In this document: positions 19,109 through 28,443 of the stretch, piece after piece
How the letters are laid out: each line of letters starts with the position of its first letter
Position numbering within the stretch: position 1 is the stretch's first letter
Assembly (NCBI GenBank): GCA_965116885.1
Contig: OZ220741.1
Span: 864,001 to 928,000 of the forward strand
Direction of reading: 5' to 3'
From: Candidatus Latescibacterota bacterium
GTDB lineage: Bacteria; Latescibacterota; UBA2968
DNA length: 64,000 bases
Made by a program: the position numbers and the translations under genes
The notes under the pieces: model-generated
Told to the model about the DNA's origin: nothing
Databases searched by the model: none
Seen by the model: the letters and a program-made list of their open reading frames with translations, nothing else

Positions 19109-19798
19109 CTACCAGTTACTGAGTATCCGACCTACAAATGCCGGGACTTCGTCTGTAAAAAAGTACATGACGGCAAAGATCGCGAAGATAATATAGATCC
19201 CGATTATGGTGAACATGATCGTCTTTTTGCGCTTGCTCATTTTGGTGCTCGACGAAGCTCTGAGATCGCGCGATTGCCTGAGAAAAGGCTCTGCTTTATC
19301 TTCCTCCTCAGAGGACGCTTCCGATGGTGCTTCCTCCTCTTCTCCTTCTTCAGTAATCTCCTCCGACACGTCTTCCTCAGCCTCGGATTCCTCCGCGTCT
19401 GCAGGCGTGTCCGATTCTGTCTCTCCCTCTAATTTGGCTATATCGAACACATGCTCTATTTTTTCGATAAGCGTTTTGTCTTCAAATGGTTTTTCAACAA
19501 TACCGTAAACACCCTGTTCCAGAAGCGCTTTGGCTTCTGCTTCCTCAACGGGAAAGGATACCACAATCACCGGCATCTCAAAGCCTTCTTCGCGAATAAA
19601 TTCGATCAACACATCGCCGTGAACAACCGGCATCTCGAGATTGAGCAACACCAGATCGGGTTGTCCGTGCGCGATTGCGTCAACCCCTTCGACCCACGTA
19701 GTCGCGCGCTGTGCCTGATAATTATTGGATTCGAGAATCTTGACAATCCGTTCAACAACGGCTTCTTCACTGTCAATAGTTAAAATTTTTGTCATCAT
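19109..19798 (-). CDS. Receiver-domain protein (pseudo-receiver) with acidic linker and C-terminal TM anchor
   Basis: PDLVLLNLEMP...VIVVS...EKPF; E/D-rich linker; KRKK followed by a hydrophobic helix; start at MMTKIL with GGGGG RBS. Confidence 0.8.
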   Translation of the reverse strand: MMTKILTIDSEEAVVERIVKILESNNYQAQRATTWVEGVDAIAHGQPDLVLLNLEMPVVHGDVLIEFIREEGFEMPVIVVSFPVEEAEAKALLEQGVYGIVEKPFEDKTLIEKIEHVFDIAKLEGETESDTPADAEESEAEEDVSEEITEEGEEEEAPSEASSEEEDKAEPFLRQSRDLRASSSTKMSKRKKTIMFTIIGIYIIFAIFAVMYFFTDEVPAFVGRILSNW

Positions 19799-19973
19799 GT
19801 CCCCCTGTGGGTAGTAGGGAAAATATTGGCAATTGGAAGTATAAAACGAATAAAGTCCAATGACAAGGATTTTCCCTGTGCATGTCACCCGGTGAGTTCT
19901 CTCTTGATGGGTGAACGTGTGTGTAGTATATTGCAATGTCAATGGAAGTTAAAAATTAAAAATTGGGAGTCTT

Positions 19974-22900
19974 ATGGAAACAAAAAGCATCGTCGTAAAA
20001 GGTGCGCGGGTACACAACCTGCAAAATGTAGATCTGACATTGCCCCGACACGCGCTAATATGTTTTACCGGCGTTTCCGGTTCGGGCAAGTCGTCAATGG
20101 CTTTCGACACCATCTATGCCGAAGGTCAGCGGCGTTACGTGGAATCCCTATCCGCGTACGCGCGTCAATTTTTGGGACAGATGGAAAAACCCGAAGTCGA
20201 TCACATTACGGGATTGTCGCCAACGATTTCCATCGAACAAAAGACCGCCGGGCGCAACCCCCGCTCAACCGTGGGCACAATGACCGAAATCTACGACTAT
20301 TTGCGCGTATTATTTGCGCGAATTGGCACCCCCCATTGCATACATGACGACACGCCAATTGGGGCGCAAACGCGCGACGGCATCGTAGATCAAATCATGG
20401 CACTGGGTGAAGGCACGCGCATTCACATACTCTCTTCTCTCGTACAGGGGCGAAAAGGAGAGTATCACGACCTGTTTGAAAATTTGCAAAAAGAGGGCTA
20501 TATCCGCGCGCGCGTGGATGGACAGATTGTAACATTGACCCAGACTCCGAAATTGGAGCGCTACAAAAGACACGACATCGAAGTCGTAATTGATCGGATT
20601 ATCGCAAAAAAAACCATGCGAGGGCGCATAGGCGAAGCCGTCGATGCCGGTCTCATAATGGGCAAAGGGGCGATCATTGTCAGCGCAGAGGGCGAAGATG
20701 ATCTCCTCCTGAGTACCCACTTTTCCTGTCCCACCTGTGGACGCAGCGCGCAGGAACCTGTGCCGCAATTATTCTCATTCAACAGCCCGCAGGGCATGTG
20801 CCCCGGCTGTCGCGGTTTGGGCACGCGCTTTGCAATGGATCTGGCAAAAGCCATCCCCAATCCCGAATTATCTGTAATAGAGGGCGCTATTGCGCCGTTG
20901 GGCGTACCAAAAAACCGGTGGAAAGCTCACTATTACGCGGGCGTTTTGAAGCGCCATGGCGCAGATTTGCAAACGCCGTGGAAGCGCATCTCACCAGAGG
21001 GCCAACAAGCATTATTATACGGCATAGACGGCAAAATGACCTTTGAATGGCGCCGCAGCAACGGCAGCATAAAACGCCATCGCGATGGGTTTGAGGGCAT
21101 CCTGCCCCCAATGGAGCGACAGTACGCCGAGGGACGGAGCCAGATAGTACGCAAACGCCTCGCACCCTTCATGCGCGTGGGTATTTGTCCCGTATGCGAA
21201 GGCACGCGCTTGAAACCCGAAGCTCTCTCCGTCAAAATCGAAGGACAGACCCTGCCCGATGTCACCGCGATGACAGTCGATCGCGCACACGCCTTTTTTC
21301 AAAGCCTCAAATTGACCGAGACCCAGGCGCGAATCGCCGAAGACGCCTTAAAAGAAATTCGCGGGCGATTGAAATTTCTCCTCGATGTGGGCCTCGACTA
21401 TCTCACACTCAATCGCACGGCACCGACACTATCGGGCGGAGAGGCGCAACGCATTCGCCTCGCCAGCCAGATCGGATCCGGATTGGTAGGCGTAACATAC
21501 GTGCTGGACGAACCGTCAATTGGTCTGCACCACCGCGACAATCGGCGATTGCTCGACGCCTTGTGCCACCTGCGGGACGTGGGCAATACCGTAATCGTCG
21601 TCGAACACGACGAAGACACCATGCGGCGCGCGGATCGCGTAATAGATTTTGGACCCGGTCCCGGGCATCTCGGTGGTCGGATAGTCGCCGAGGGATCGTG
21701 GAAACAGATAGCGAGAAGAACCCGCTCAGTAACGGGAGCTTATCTCTCGGGAAAAGAAAAAATAGCAGTACCCGAAAGGCGCTCCGTATCGCATCGCGGC
21801 TTATGGATTCGGGGTGCTCGCCACAATAATCTAAAAAATATCGACGTAAAAATTCCCATCGGCGTATTTACCTGTATCACGGGCGTATCCGGATCGGGAA
21901 AATCATCGCTAATTGCCGATATCCTCTACCCCGCTCTCGCGCGAGAACTCAACCGCGCAGAAACGGAAACAGGCGCGCACCGCTGCATTGAAGGCATAGG
22001 TCTCCTGGACAAAGTCATCGAGATCAACCAGCAACCCATCGGGCGTACACCGCGCAGCAACGCAGCGACATATACGGGTGTATTTGATCCCATTCGAAAA
22101 TTATTTGCCGAGTTACCCGAGTCAAAAGTACGGGGATATAAACCCGGACGCTTCAGCTTTAACGTAAAGGGCGGGCGGTGCGAAGCGTGTAAGGGCAATG
22201 GCGCAAACCTCGTCGAAATGGACTTCCTCGCCGATGTGTGGGTAACGTGTCCCGTGTGTGAAGGGCGGCGTTTTAATCGCGAGACCCTGGACATAAAATA
22301 CAAGGGCAAATCCATCGCCGATGTGCTGGCGATGGAAGTCGAAGAAGCGCATCTGTTTTTTCAGGCAATCCCCGGCATTCACCGCATTCTCCAAACCCTG
22401 GTCGATGTGGGAATGGGCTACGTCAAATTGGGCCAGCCCGCACCAACGCTTTCCGGCGGTGAAGCACAACGGGTCAAGCTGTCAAAAGAACTGTGCCGCA
22501 GAAGCACGGGCAAAACCCTGTACATCCTGGACGAACCCACGACGGGCTTGCATTTTGCCGATATCCAGAATCTCTTGAATGTATTGCATCGGCTTGCGGA
22601 TATGGGCAATTCTGTGGTGGTCATCGAGCACAACCTGGACGTAATCAAAACCGCGGATTGGGTAATCGATCTGGGACCTGAAGGCGGCGAAGACGGGGGG
22701 CAAATTATAGCAGAAGGCACCCCCGAGCACCTGACGCAATCTCCCAATTCTCACACGGGACGCGCGCTTGGCGAAGTGTTGACCCACACGCCACTCATAT
22801 CTGGAAAAAACGGTAAACGAATCGCCAATGGCCAGGTGCGCACGATTGACGTTGTGGGCGCGAGAGAGAACAACTTGCAAAATGTGGATGTATCCATTCC

Positions 22901-25625
22901 CCGCGAAAAAATGACCGTGATTTCCGGCGTATCGGGTTCGGGAAAATCTTCCCTAACACTCGACACAATTTACGCCGAGGGACAGCGGCGATATGTCGAA
23001 TCCCTATCCGCTTATGCGCGACAATTTTTGGGACAAATGCCCAAACCAAAGGTCGATCGCGTGGTGGGCCTGTCGCCCGCGATTGCCATTGAACAAAAAG
23101 CCGCGAGCAAAAACCCGCGCTCAACCGTAGGCACCGTAACAGAGGTGTACGATTACCTGCGGGCACTCTACGCATTATTGGGCGATACCTATTGTCCAGA
23201 TTGCGATATATTAGCGGGCAGTCAGTCCGTGCAGGAAATTGTAGCGCGCGTACTGAAAATGAAACGACGCCTCTACCTTCTCGCACCCATAGAACTCGGC
23301 AAAGGCGAAGATTATACCAGCTTGATCAACCGCTTTCGCCGCAAAGGCTATTTGCGCGGCAGGCTCAATGGCGAAGTTTTCAACCTGTCAAACCCACCCG
23401 AGATCGATTACAGACAGACCCACAGGCTCGAAATCCTGATAGATCGCGTAATCGCAGCAAAAAAGAACCGCAAACGCATCGCGGACTCCATCGAAATCGC
23501 GCTGGATATTTCAGGGGGCATTTTGATCGTCGCATCGCCCGATGACAGCGAAGAAACGCGATTTAGCCAGCACCTCTCGTGTTCATCCTGCGGGCGCAGT
23601 TTTGAAACAATAACCCCTCAGCACCTATCATTCAACAGCTCTGAAGGCTGGTGTTTGTCGTGCGAAGGATTGGGCACACAGCGCGGCATGGGCATCCACA
23701 CATTAATCCCCGATATTCACAAATCACTATCTGAAGGCGCAGTACTCGCCTGGGGAAAAGTAGAACCGCACACACAAATAGGCGACATGCTATCTGCGGT
23801 CGGCGCAGCTGCGGGCTTTGACCTGCACACCCCTTTCGCGCAAATATCAACGGAAGGACAACACGCAATCTTATACGGCCTGGGCACACAGTGGCTAAAA
23901 ACCTCTAAAAATCTCTCATTCCAATTCAAGGGCCTGTTTCCCACAATCGAGACCCTCGTGCGACAAGCGCCGCGATTTCGGCGGCTAATGGGTGACTTTA
24001 TCCAGGACGTGCCGTGTCCCTCCTGCAAGGGATCCCGCCTGAAGCCAGAAAGTACTGCCATAAAACTATTTGGCAAAACAATGCCCCAACTGGTGGCAAT
24101 GCCCATCCGCGAAGTACGCACCTATTTTGACGCAATGGTATTGGAAGGGCAGGCGCGCGAAGCCGCCGCAGAGGTATTGCACGAAATCCAGAGCCGCCTG
24201 CGGTTTCTCGACGAAGTGGGCCTGGGATATTTGAACCTGGGACGGCGAGCACCCACGCTATCGGGCGGCGAAGCCCAGCGCATCCGCCTCGCCAGCCAGA
24301 TCGGCTCCGGTCTCACCGGGGTCCTCTACGTACTCGACGAACCGACAATTGGCCTGCACCAGCGCGACAACCACCAGTTACTGGCTGCACTGGCACAACT
24401 GCGCGACCTGGGCAATTCTCTACTCGTTGTCGAACACGACCGCGAGACCTTGAATCGGGCAGATCACATTCTGGACTTTGGGCCGGGCGCAGGTGTTGAA
24501 GGCGGACGCATTGTAGCCGCTGGCAATCCGCGCAAATTGAAAACCGAAAACGGCTCAATAACCGCGCATTATCTCGCGGGCGATTTACAAATCGAGATCC
24601 CCGATGAGCGGCGAAACCCCGAACGGGGATCGCTTTGCGTGGTAGGCGCTCGGCATAACAACTTAAAAAACGTCGATGTCTCATTTCCGCTGGGCACCTT
24701 GACCTGCGTAACCGGCGTATCGGGATCGGGCAAAAGTTCGCTCGTCAACGACGTACTTTTCGGCGCACTCGCCGCCCGCGTGAACCGCGCCCAAAAAGCC
24801 TGGGGAGAACACGACGAGGTCCTGGGATTGGAACGCATCGACAAAGTGATCAACATCGACCAGACGCCCATTGGCTATTCGCCGCGCAGCAATCCCGCGA
24901 CCTATGTCAAAGTGTTCGACAAAATACGCACCCTGTACGCCAGCTTACCAGACGCCCAGGTACGCGGATTTAAAACCGGGCATTTCAGCTTTAATCACAA
25001 ACGCGGGCGGTGCGATGCCTGTGCGGGTTTGGGCGCGCGCCGTATTGAAATGCACTTCTTGCCCGATGTGTGGATCACATGTGAAAATTGTGGCGGAAAG
25101 CGCTACAACCGCGACGTAATTGATATAACTTATAAGGGCGCGTCAATTGCCGATGTGCTAAAAATGACAGTAGCCGAAGCCCTATCGCATTTTACCCATA
25201 TACCCGGCATCCAGCGCTCACTCCAAACGCTATTTGACGTGGGCCTGGGCTATATCAAAATGGGACAGGCATCGACCACGCTCTCAGGCGGCGAAGCCCA
25301 GCGCGTGAAATTGGCGCGCGAATTGGCGCGACCGAGCACGGGCAAAACCGTATATATCCTCGACGAACCCACAACGGGATTGCACTTTGCTGACATCCAG
25401 AAACTACTCGACGTACTCAACCGCCTCGTCAACGCGGGCAACACCGCAATCGTAATCGAACACAACCTGGACGTAATCAAAACCGCCGATTGGGTCATCG
25501 ACCTGGGGCCAGAAGGCGGAGAAGATGGCGGCGATTTAATTGCTTGCGGAACGCCCGAAGATGTGGTATCTGTTACCGCTTCTCATACCGGACGATTTTT
25601 GAAGGATGCGCTGGAGGAAAAATGA
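19974..25625 (+). CDS. uvrA: Excinuclease ABC subunit A, double-length tandem fusion (1883 aa)
   Basis: Four GVSGSGKSS Walker A and four LSGGEAQR signatures; two full UvrA units in one frame. Confidence 0.95.
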   Translation: METKSIVVKGARVHNLQNVDLTLPRHALICFTGVSGSGKSSMAFDTIYAEGQRRYVESLSAYARQFLGQMEKPEVDHITGLSPTISIEQKTAGRNPRSTVGTMTEIYDYLRVLFARIGTPHCIHDDTPIGAQTRDGIVDQIMALGEGTRIHILSSLVQGRKGEYHDLFENLQKEGYIRARVDGQIVTLTQTPKLERYKRHDIEVVIDRIIAKKTMRGRIGEAVDAGLIMGKGAIIVSAEGEDDLLLSTHFSCPTCGRSAQEPVPQLFSFNSPQGMCPGCRGLGTRFAMDLAKAIPNPELSVIEGAIAPLGVPKNRWKAHYYAGVLKRHGADLQTPWKRISPEGQQALLYGIDGKMTFEWRRSNGSIKRHRDGFEGILPPMERQYAEGRSQIVRKRLAPFMRVGICPVCEGTRLKPEALSVKIEGQTLPDVTAMTVDRAHAFFQSLKLTETQARIAEDALKEIRGRLKFLLDVGLDYLTLNRTAPTLSGGEAQRIRLASQIGSGLVGVTYVLDEPSIGLHHRDNRRLLDALCHLRDVGNTVIVVEHDEDTMRRADRVIDFGPGPGHLGGRIVAEGSWKQIARRTRSVTGAYLSGKEKIAVPERRSVSHRGLWIRGARHNNLKNIDVKIPIGVFTCITGVSGSGKSSLIADILYPALARELNRAETETGAHRCIEGIGLLDKVIEINQQPIGRTPRSNAATYTGVFDPIRKLFAELPESKVRGYKPGRFSFNVKGGRCEACKGNGANLVEMDFLADVWVTCPVCEGRRFNRETLDIKYKGKSIADVLAMEVEEAHLFFQAIPGIHRILQTLVDVGMGYVKLGQPAPTLSGGEAQRVKLSKELCRRSTGKTLYILDEPTTGLHFADIQNLLNVLHRLADMGNSVVVIEHNLDVIKTADWVIDLGPEGGEDGGQIIAEGTPEHLTQSPNSHTGRALGEVLTHTPLISGKNGKRIANGQVRTIDVVGARENNLQNVDVSIPREKMTVISGVSGSGKSSLTLDTIYAEGQRRYVESLSAYARQFLGQMPKPKVDRVVGLSPAIAIEQKAASKNPRSTVGTVTEVYDYLRALYALLGDTYCPDCDILAGSQSVQEIVARVLKMKRRLYLLAPIELGKGEDYTSLINRFRRKGYLRGRLNGEVFNLSNPPEIDYRQTHRLEILIDRVIAAKKNRKRIADSIEIALDISGGILIVASPDDSEETRFSQHLSCSSCGRSFETITPQHLSFNSSEGWCLSCEGLGTQRGMGIHTLIPDIHKSLSEGAVLAWGKVEPHTQIGDMLSAVGAAAGFDLHTPFAQISTEGQHAILYGLGTQWLKTSKNLSFQFKGLFPTIETLVRQAPRFRRLMGDFIQDVPCPSCKGSRLKPESTAIKLFGKTMPQLVAMPIREVRTYFDAMVLEGQAREAAAEVLHEIQSRLRFLDEVGLGYLNLGRRAPTLSGGEAQRIRLASQIGSGLTGVLYVLDEPTIGLHQRDNHQLLAALAQLRDLGNSLLVVEHDRETLNRADHILDFGPGAGVEGGRIVAAGNPRKLKTENGSITAHYLAGDLQIEIPDERRNPERGSLCVVGARHNNLKNVDVSFPLGTLTCVTGVSGSGKSSLVNDVLFGALAARVNRAQKAWGEHDEVLGLERIDKVINIDQTPIGYSPRSNPATYVKVFDKIRTLYASLPDAQVRGFKTGHFSFNHKRGRCDACAGLGARRIEMHFLPDVWITCENCGGKRYNRDVIDITYKGASIADVLKMTVAEALSHFTHIPGIQRSLQTLFDVGLGYIKMGQASTTLSGGEAQRVKLARELARPSTGKTVYILDEPTTGLHFADIQKLLDVLNRLVNAGNTAIVIEHNLDVIKTADWVIDLGPEGGEDGGDLIACGTPEDVVSVTASHTGRFLKDALEEK

Positions 25626-26809
25626 TATCTCGCATATTGATATGCACAATTGTATTACTCTCTGCGAGCAGTGCCATAGCCGACCCTTCCAAAATCGACT
25701 TTTGGAGTACGCAGCGCAAGGGCGCCAATCAACAAAATGCGCAACACCGTCCCGAATGGTACGTTGCAGCGGGGGAATTGGGATTGGATTATGTACGCAT
25801 CTTGCCCGATGCCTGGCCCGCCGAGGGCAGGGACTTCCTGATAGGCAATGCGGACAACTTTGAAGCAATCAACGAAACCGATCTGTCCCTATTGATCAAA
25901 GCACTCGACGAAGCCGAACGCAACGGCATTAAAGTCGTCCTTACAATGGTCAGCCTACCCGGCGCCCGCTGGAAACAACTGAACAATGACAAGGATGATG
26001 CGCGGCTCTGGAAAGACAAAAAATATCATCTACAAGCCTTTGAATTCTGGCGTCAACTCGCCGCACGCCTGAAAACACACCCCGCCATTGTCGCCTACAA
26101 CCCCCTCAACGAACCACACCCGGACAAGGCCTTCGGCTTTGATGCGCCAGACGAAAACTTCGCCCAGTGGTTCAAGCACATCCAGAACACGGCAGCCGAC
26201 CTCAACCAATTCAACCGGGAAATGGTCAAAGCAATCCGCTCCGTAGATACACACACCCCCATCATCCTCGACGGCTGGTTCTATGCATCTCCCAGGGCAT
26301 TCGACTACAATCGACCCGTTGACGATGACAAGGTCTTGTACGCCTTTCACAACCCCGGTCCCTGGCAAATGGTAACCTATCGCGTCAATAAAGGCAGATA
26401 CGCCTATCCGGACCGCGTGCCCAAATCGTGGAACGGACCAACAGAATCCTGGACAATTGATCGCCTTGCGCAGCAAATGCACGCAGTTCAAAAATTCTCC
26501 GAACAATACAACATACCCGCACATCGAATCATCGCCTCTGAATTCTGGTACGACCGTCGCCTTGAAGGCGCGGCAGCATATATGGCCGACCTCATCGAAA
26601 TCTATAACCAGCGCGACTGGCACTGGGCTTTTTATGCCTTTCGCGGCAGTGGCACATGGACCGGACTCGATTACGAAATTCCGCCAGGTCAAAAAATGGG
26701 TTGGCGTTACTGGCAAGCCATTGAACAGGGCAAAGATCCCGAACCTCTCAAACCGAGAGGACCGAATCCCTTATGGGAAATACTGCGGCGGCAGTTTGAA
26801 AAAAAGTGA
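25622..26809 (+). CDS. Secreted glycoside hydrolase family 5 (cellulase-like)
   Basis: Signal peptide ending SSAIA; acid/base NEP (YNPLNEPH); YAFH; nucleophile ASEF; HWAFY; ATGA overlap with the uvrA stop. Confidence 0.85.
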   Translation: MISRILICTIVLLSASSAIADPSKIDFWSTQRKGANQQNAQHRPEWYVAAGELGLDYVRILPDAWPAEGRDFLIGNADNFEAINETDLSLLIKALDEAERNGIKVVLTMVSLPGARWKQLNNDKDDARLWKDKKYHLQAFEFWRQLAARLKTHPAIVAYNPLNEPHPDKAFGFDAPDENFAQWFKHIQNTAADLNQFNREMVKAIRSVDTHTPIILDGWFYASPRAFDYNRPVDDDKVLYAFHNPGPWQMVTYRVNKGRYAYPDRVPKSWNGPTESWTIDRLAQQMHAVQKFSEQYNIPAHRIIASEFWYDRRLEGAAAYMADLIEIYNQRDWHWAFYAFRGSGTWTGLDYEIPPGQKMGWRYWQAIEQGKDPEPLKPRGPNPLWEILRRQFEKK

Positions 26810-26829
26810 ATCGGTTGTCCTGTCTTACT

Positions 26830-27180
26830 CTATCGTGTGATATACCTGGGACGATTGACGGCTTCTGCGACCTGAATATGTGCGCTATGTCCAATTTTTG
26901 GCCGAACGACAATATCGATGTCACGGTCTAATGCCCGCAAGAAAGACAACAGACGCTCGATAGAAAATCCGGCTAATCGTCCATTCTTAAGTGCAGAGAC
27001 TTTGGGTTGGTCAATACCGAGAACACCTGCGGCTTTTTTTTGCGTCCAACCCTTTTGTCCAATGATTTTATTAATTTGAATTGCCAAATCTGATTTTGCC
27101 AATTCTTCTTCTGGACGGTCAAATCCCAGGTCCTTGAATACGTTGCCCGACCCGACTGTGTAGTCTGCTTTTTCGCTCAT
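26830..27180 (-). CDS. XRE-family HTH antitoxin (HigA-like)
   Basis: GSGNVFKDLG, TQKKAAGVLGIDQPKVSAL..GRLAGFSIERL. Confidence 0.9.
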   Translation of the reverse strand: MSEKADYTVGSGNVFKDLGFDRPEEELAKSDLAIQINKIIGQKGWTQKKAAGVLGIDQPKVSALKNGRLAGFSIERLLSFLRALDRDIDIVVRPKIGHSAHIQVAEAVNRPRYITR

Positions 27181-27536
27181 GTTTTATTTTCCTTTGCAAT
27201 TTGTTCTGCCATTTTCAAACGTCTTTTTATCGTATCCAGATCGCGTTTTGTTGTTGCAATACCGCGTTTTGATTTTTTTTGAAAGACATGCAAGACATAG
27301 ATGTTGTCGTCAATTTTTATTGCATAAACTGCTCGATAAGTGTTTGTTGCATAATCGCTGACAATTTCAATGACGCCAGAAAAGCCCTTTAACGTCTTTG
27401 CTTTATGAGACCTTTCTCCAACTTCCTCCATGTGAAGCGCGTGTCCAATTTCTCGTCTCACTGCACCAGGAAGTTTCCGCAGGTCTCTTAGCGATGAACC
27501 GATCCAGATAATGGATCTTTGGAGTTTTGCATCCAT
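27177..27536 (-). CDS. RelE/ParE-family toxin (Gp49/DUF891-like, HigB-type)
   Basis: WIGSSLRDL, TYRAVYA, YVLHVFQKKSKRGIAT; ATGA overlap with the antitoxin. Confidence 0.9.
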   Translation of the reverse strand: MDAKLQRSIIWIGSSLRDLRKLPGAVRREIGHALHMEEVGERSHKAKTLKGFSGVIEIVSDYATNTYRAVYAIKIDDNIYVLHVFQKKSKRGIATTKRDLDTIKRRLKMAEQIAKENKT

Positions 27537-27543
27537 AATAGAT

Positions 27544-27572
27544 AATATGCTAAATTTAGTATATTTTTGCAA
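27544..27572 (-). promoter_or_regulatory. TA promoter with palindromic operator, probably leaderless
   Basis: TTGCAA-N17-CATATT ends 7 nt before ATG 27536; ATATGCTAAATTTAGTATAT (27545-27564) is a 20-bp palindrome with one mismatch. Confidence 0.65.
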
Positions 27573-27652
27573 GTGGACTTGACCTGTTTTGGTGGTTACC
27601 TTATTAGTATTCTTAATTTTCAATTTCTAATTAGCATTCTCAGGAGGCATTA

Positions 27653-28432
27653 ATGTCATTGTTTTCACTCGAAGGTCGCGTCGCCATAGTAACTGGAGCG
27701 GGGCGTGGTATTGGACGTGGTATTGCAGAGGGATTGGCTACACAGGGCGCGAAAATTGTATGTGCTGCACGCACGCGGTCTCAACTGGATGAAGTCGTAG
27801 CCACAATTCGAAAAGCGGGAGGCGACGCCATCGCTTATGAAATGGACATGAAAGACCTGGATTCCGTGCGCGGAGGCGTCGATACAGCCCTTGAAACCTA
27901 TGGACAAATTGACATCCTCGTCAACAACGCGGGCATGAACATACGCGAGCCATTTGAAGACGTAACAGAAGAACACTACGACGAAATCATGGCCGTCAAC
28001 TTGAAGGGCCTCTACTTCTTAACACAGACCGCAGTCAAACACATGATCTCGCGCAAACAGGGCAAAATCATCCACATCGGCTCATTGACAACCGACTGGT
28101 CCTTATCGCAAATTTCTGTCTATACCGCCACCAAAGGCGCCGTTGGACAACTCGCCAAAGCCCAGGCATTAGAACTGGGCAAGCACAACATCCAGGTAAA
28201 CACAATATGCCCGGGCTTTGTGGTCACGCCATTGACCGAGCGGCTCTGGGAAAATGATACAATGCGCGAATGGGGCGAATCCCGTCTGCCCATAAAGCGA
28301 TTGGCAACACCCGAAGACCTCGTCGGCACAGCCGTATTCCTCGCCGCGCCCGCATCGGACTACGTCACCGGACAATCCATCTACGTAGATGGCGGCTTCA
28401 TGGCCGGCGAAGCCTGGCCCTTGCCGGAGTAA
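27653..28432 (+). CDS. SDR family oxidoreductase (gluconate 5-dehydrogenase/KduD-like)
   Basis: TGAGRGIG, NNAG, YTATK, YVTGQSIYVDGG. Confidence 0.9.
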   Translation: MSLFSLEGRVAIVTGAGRGIGRGIAEGLATQGAKIVCAARTRSQLDEVVATIRKAGGDAIAYEMDMKDLDSVRGGVDTALETYGQIDILVNNAGMNIREPFEDVTEEHYDEIMAVNLKGLYFLTQTAVKHMISRKQGKIIHIGSLTTDWSLSQISVYTATKGAVGQLAKAQALELGKHNIQVNTICPGFVVTPLTERLWENDTMREWGESRLPIKRLATPEDLVGTAVFLAAPASDYVTGQSIYVDGGFMAGEAWPLPE

Positions 28433-28443
28433 GGGAGAAAACA

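Noticed and set aside
19800..19973. LexA/SOS box upstream of uvrA
   Set aside because: No match to CTGT-N8-ACAG, GAAC-N4-GTTC or GTTC-N7-GTTC consensus
25490..25621. Upstream ORF-track starts (GH5 at 25490; also 28270, 46355, 56049, 59970, 62558)
   Set aside because: They overlap neighbouring genes or regulatory sites; downstream starts have RBSs or match family N-termini
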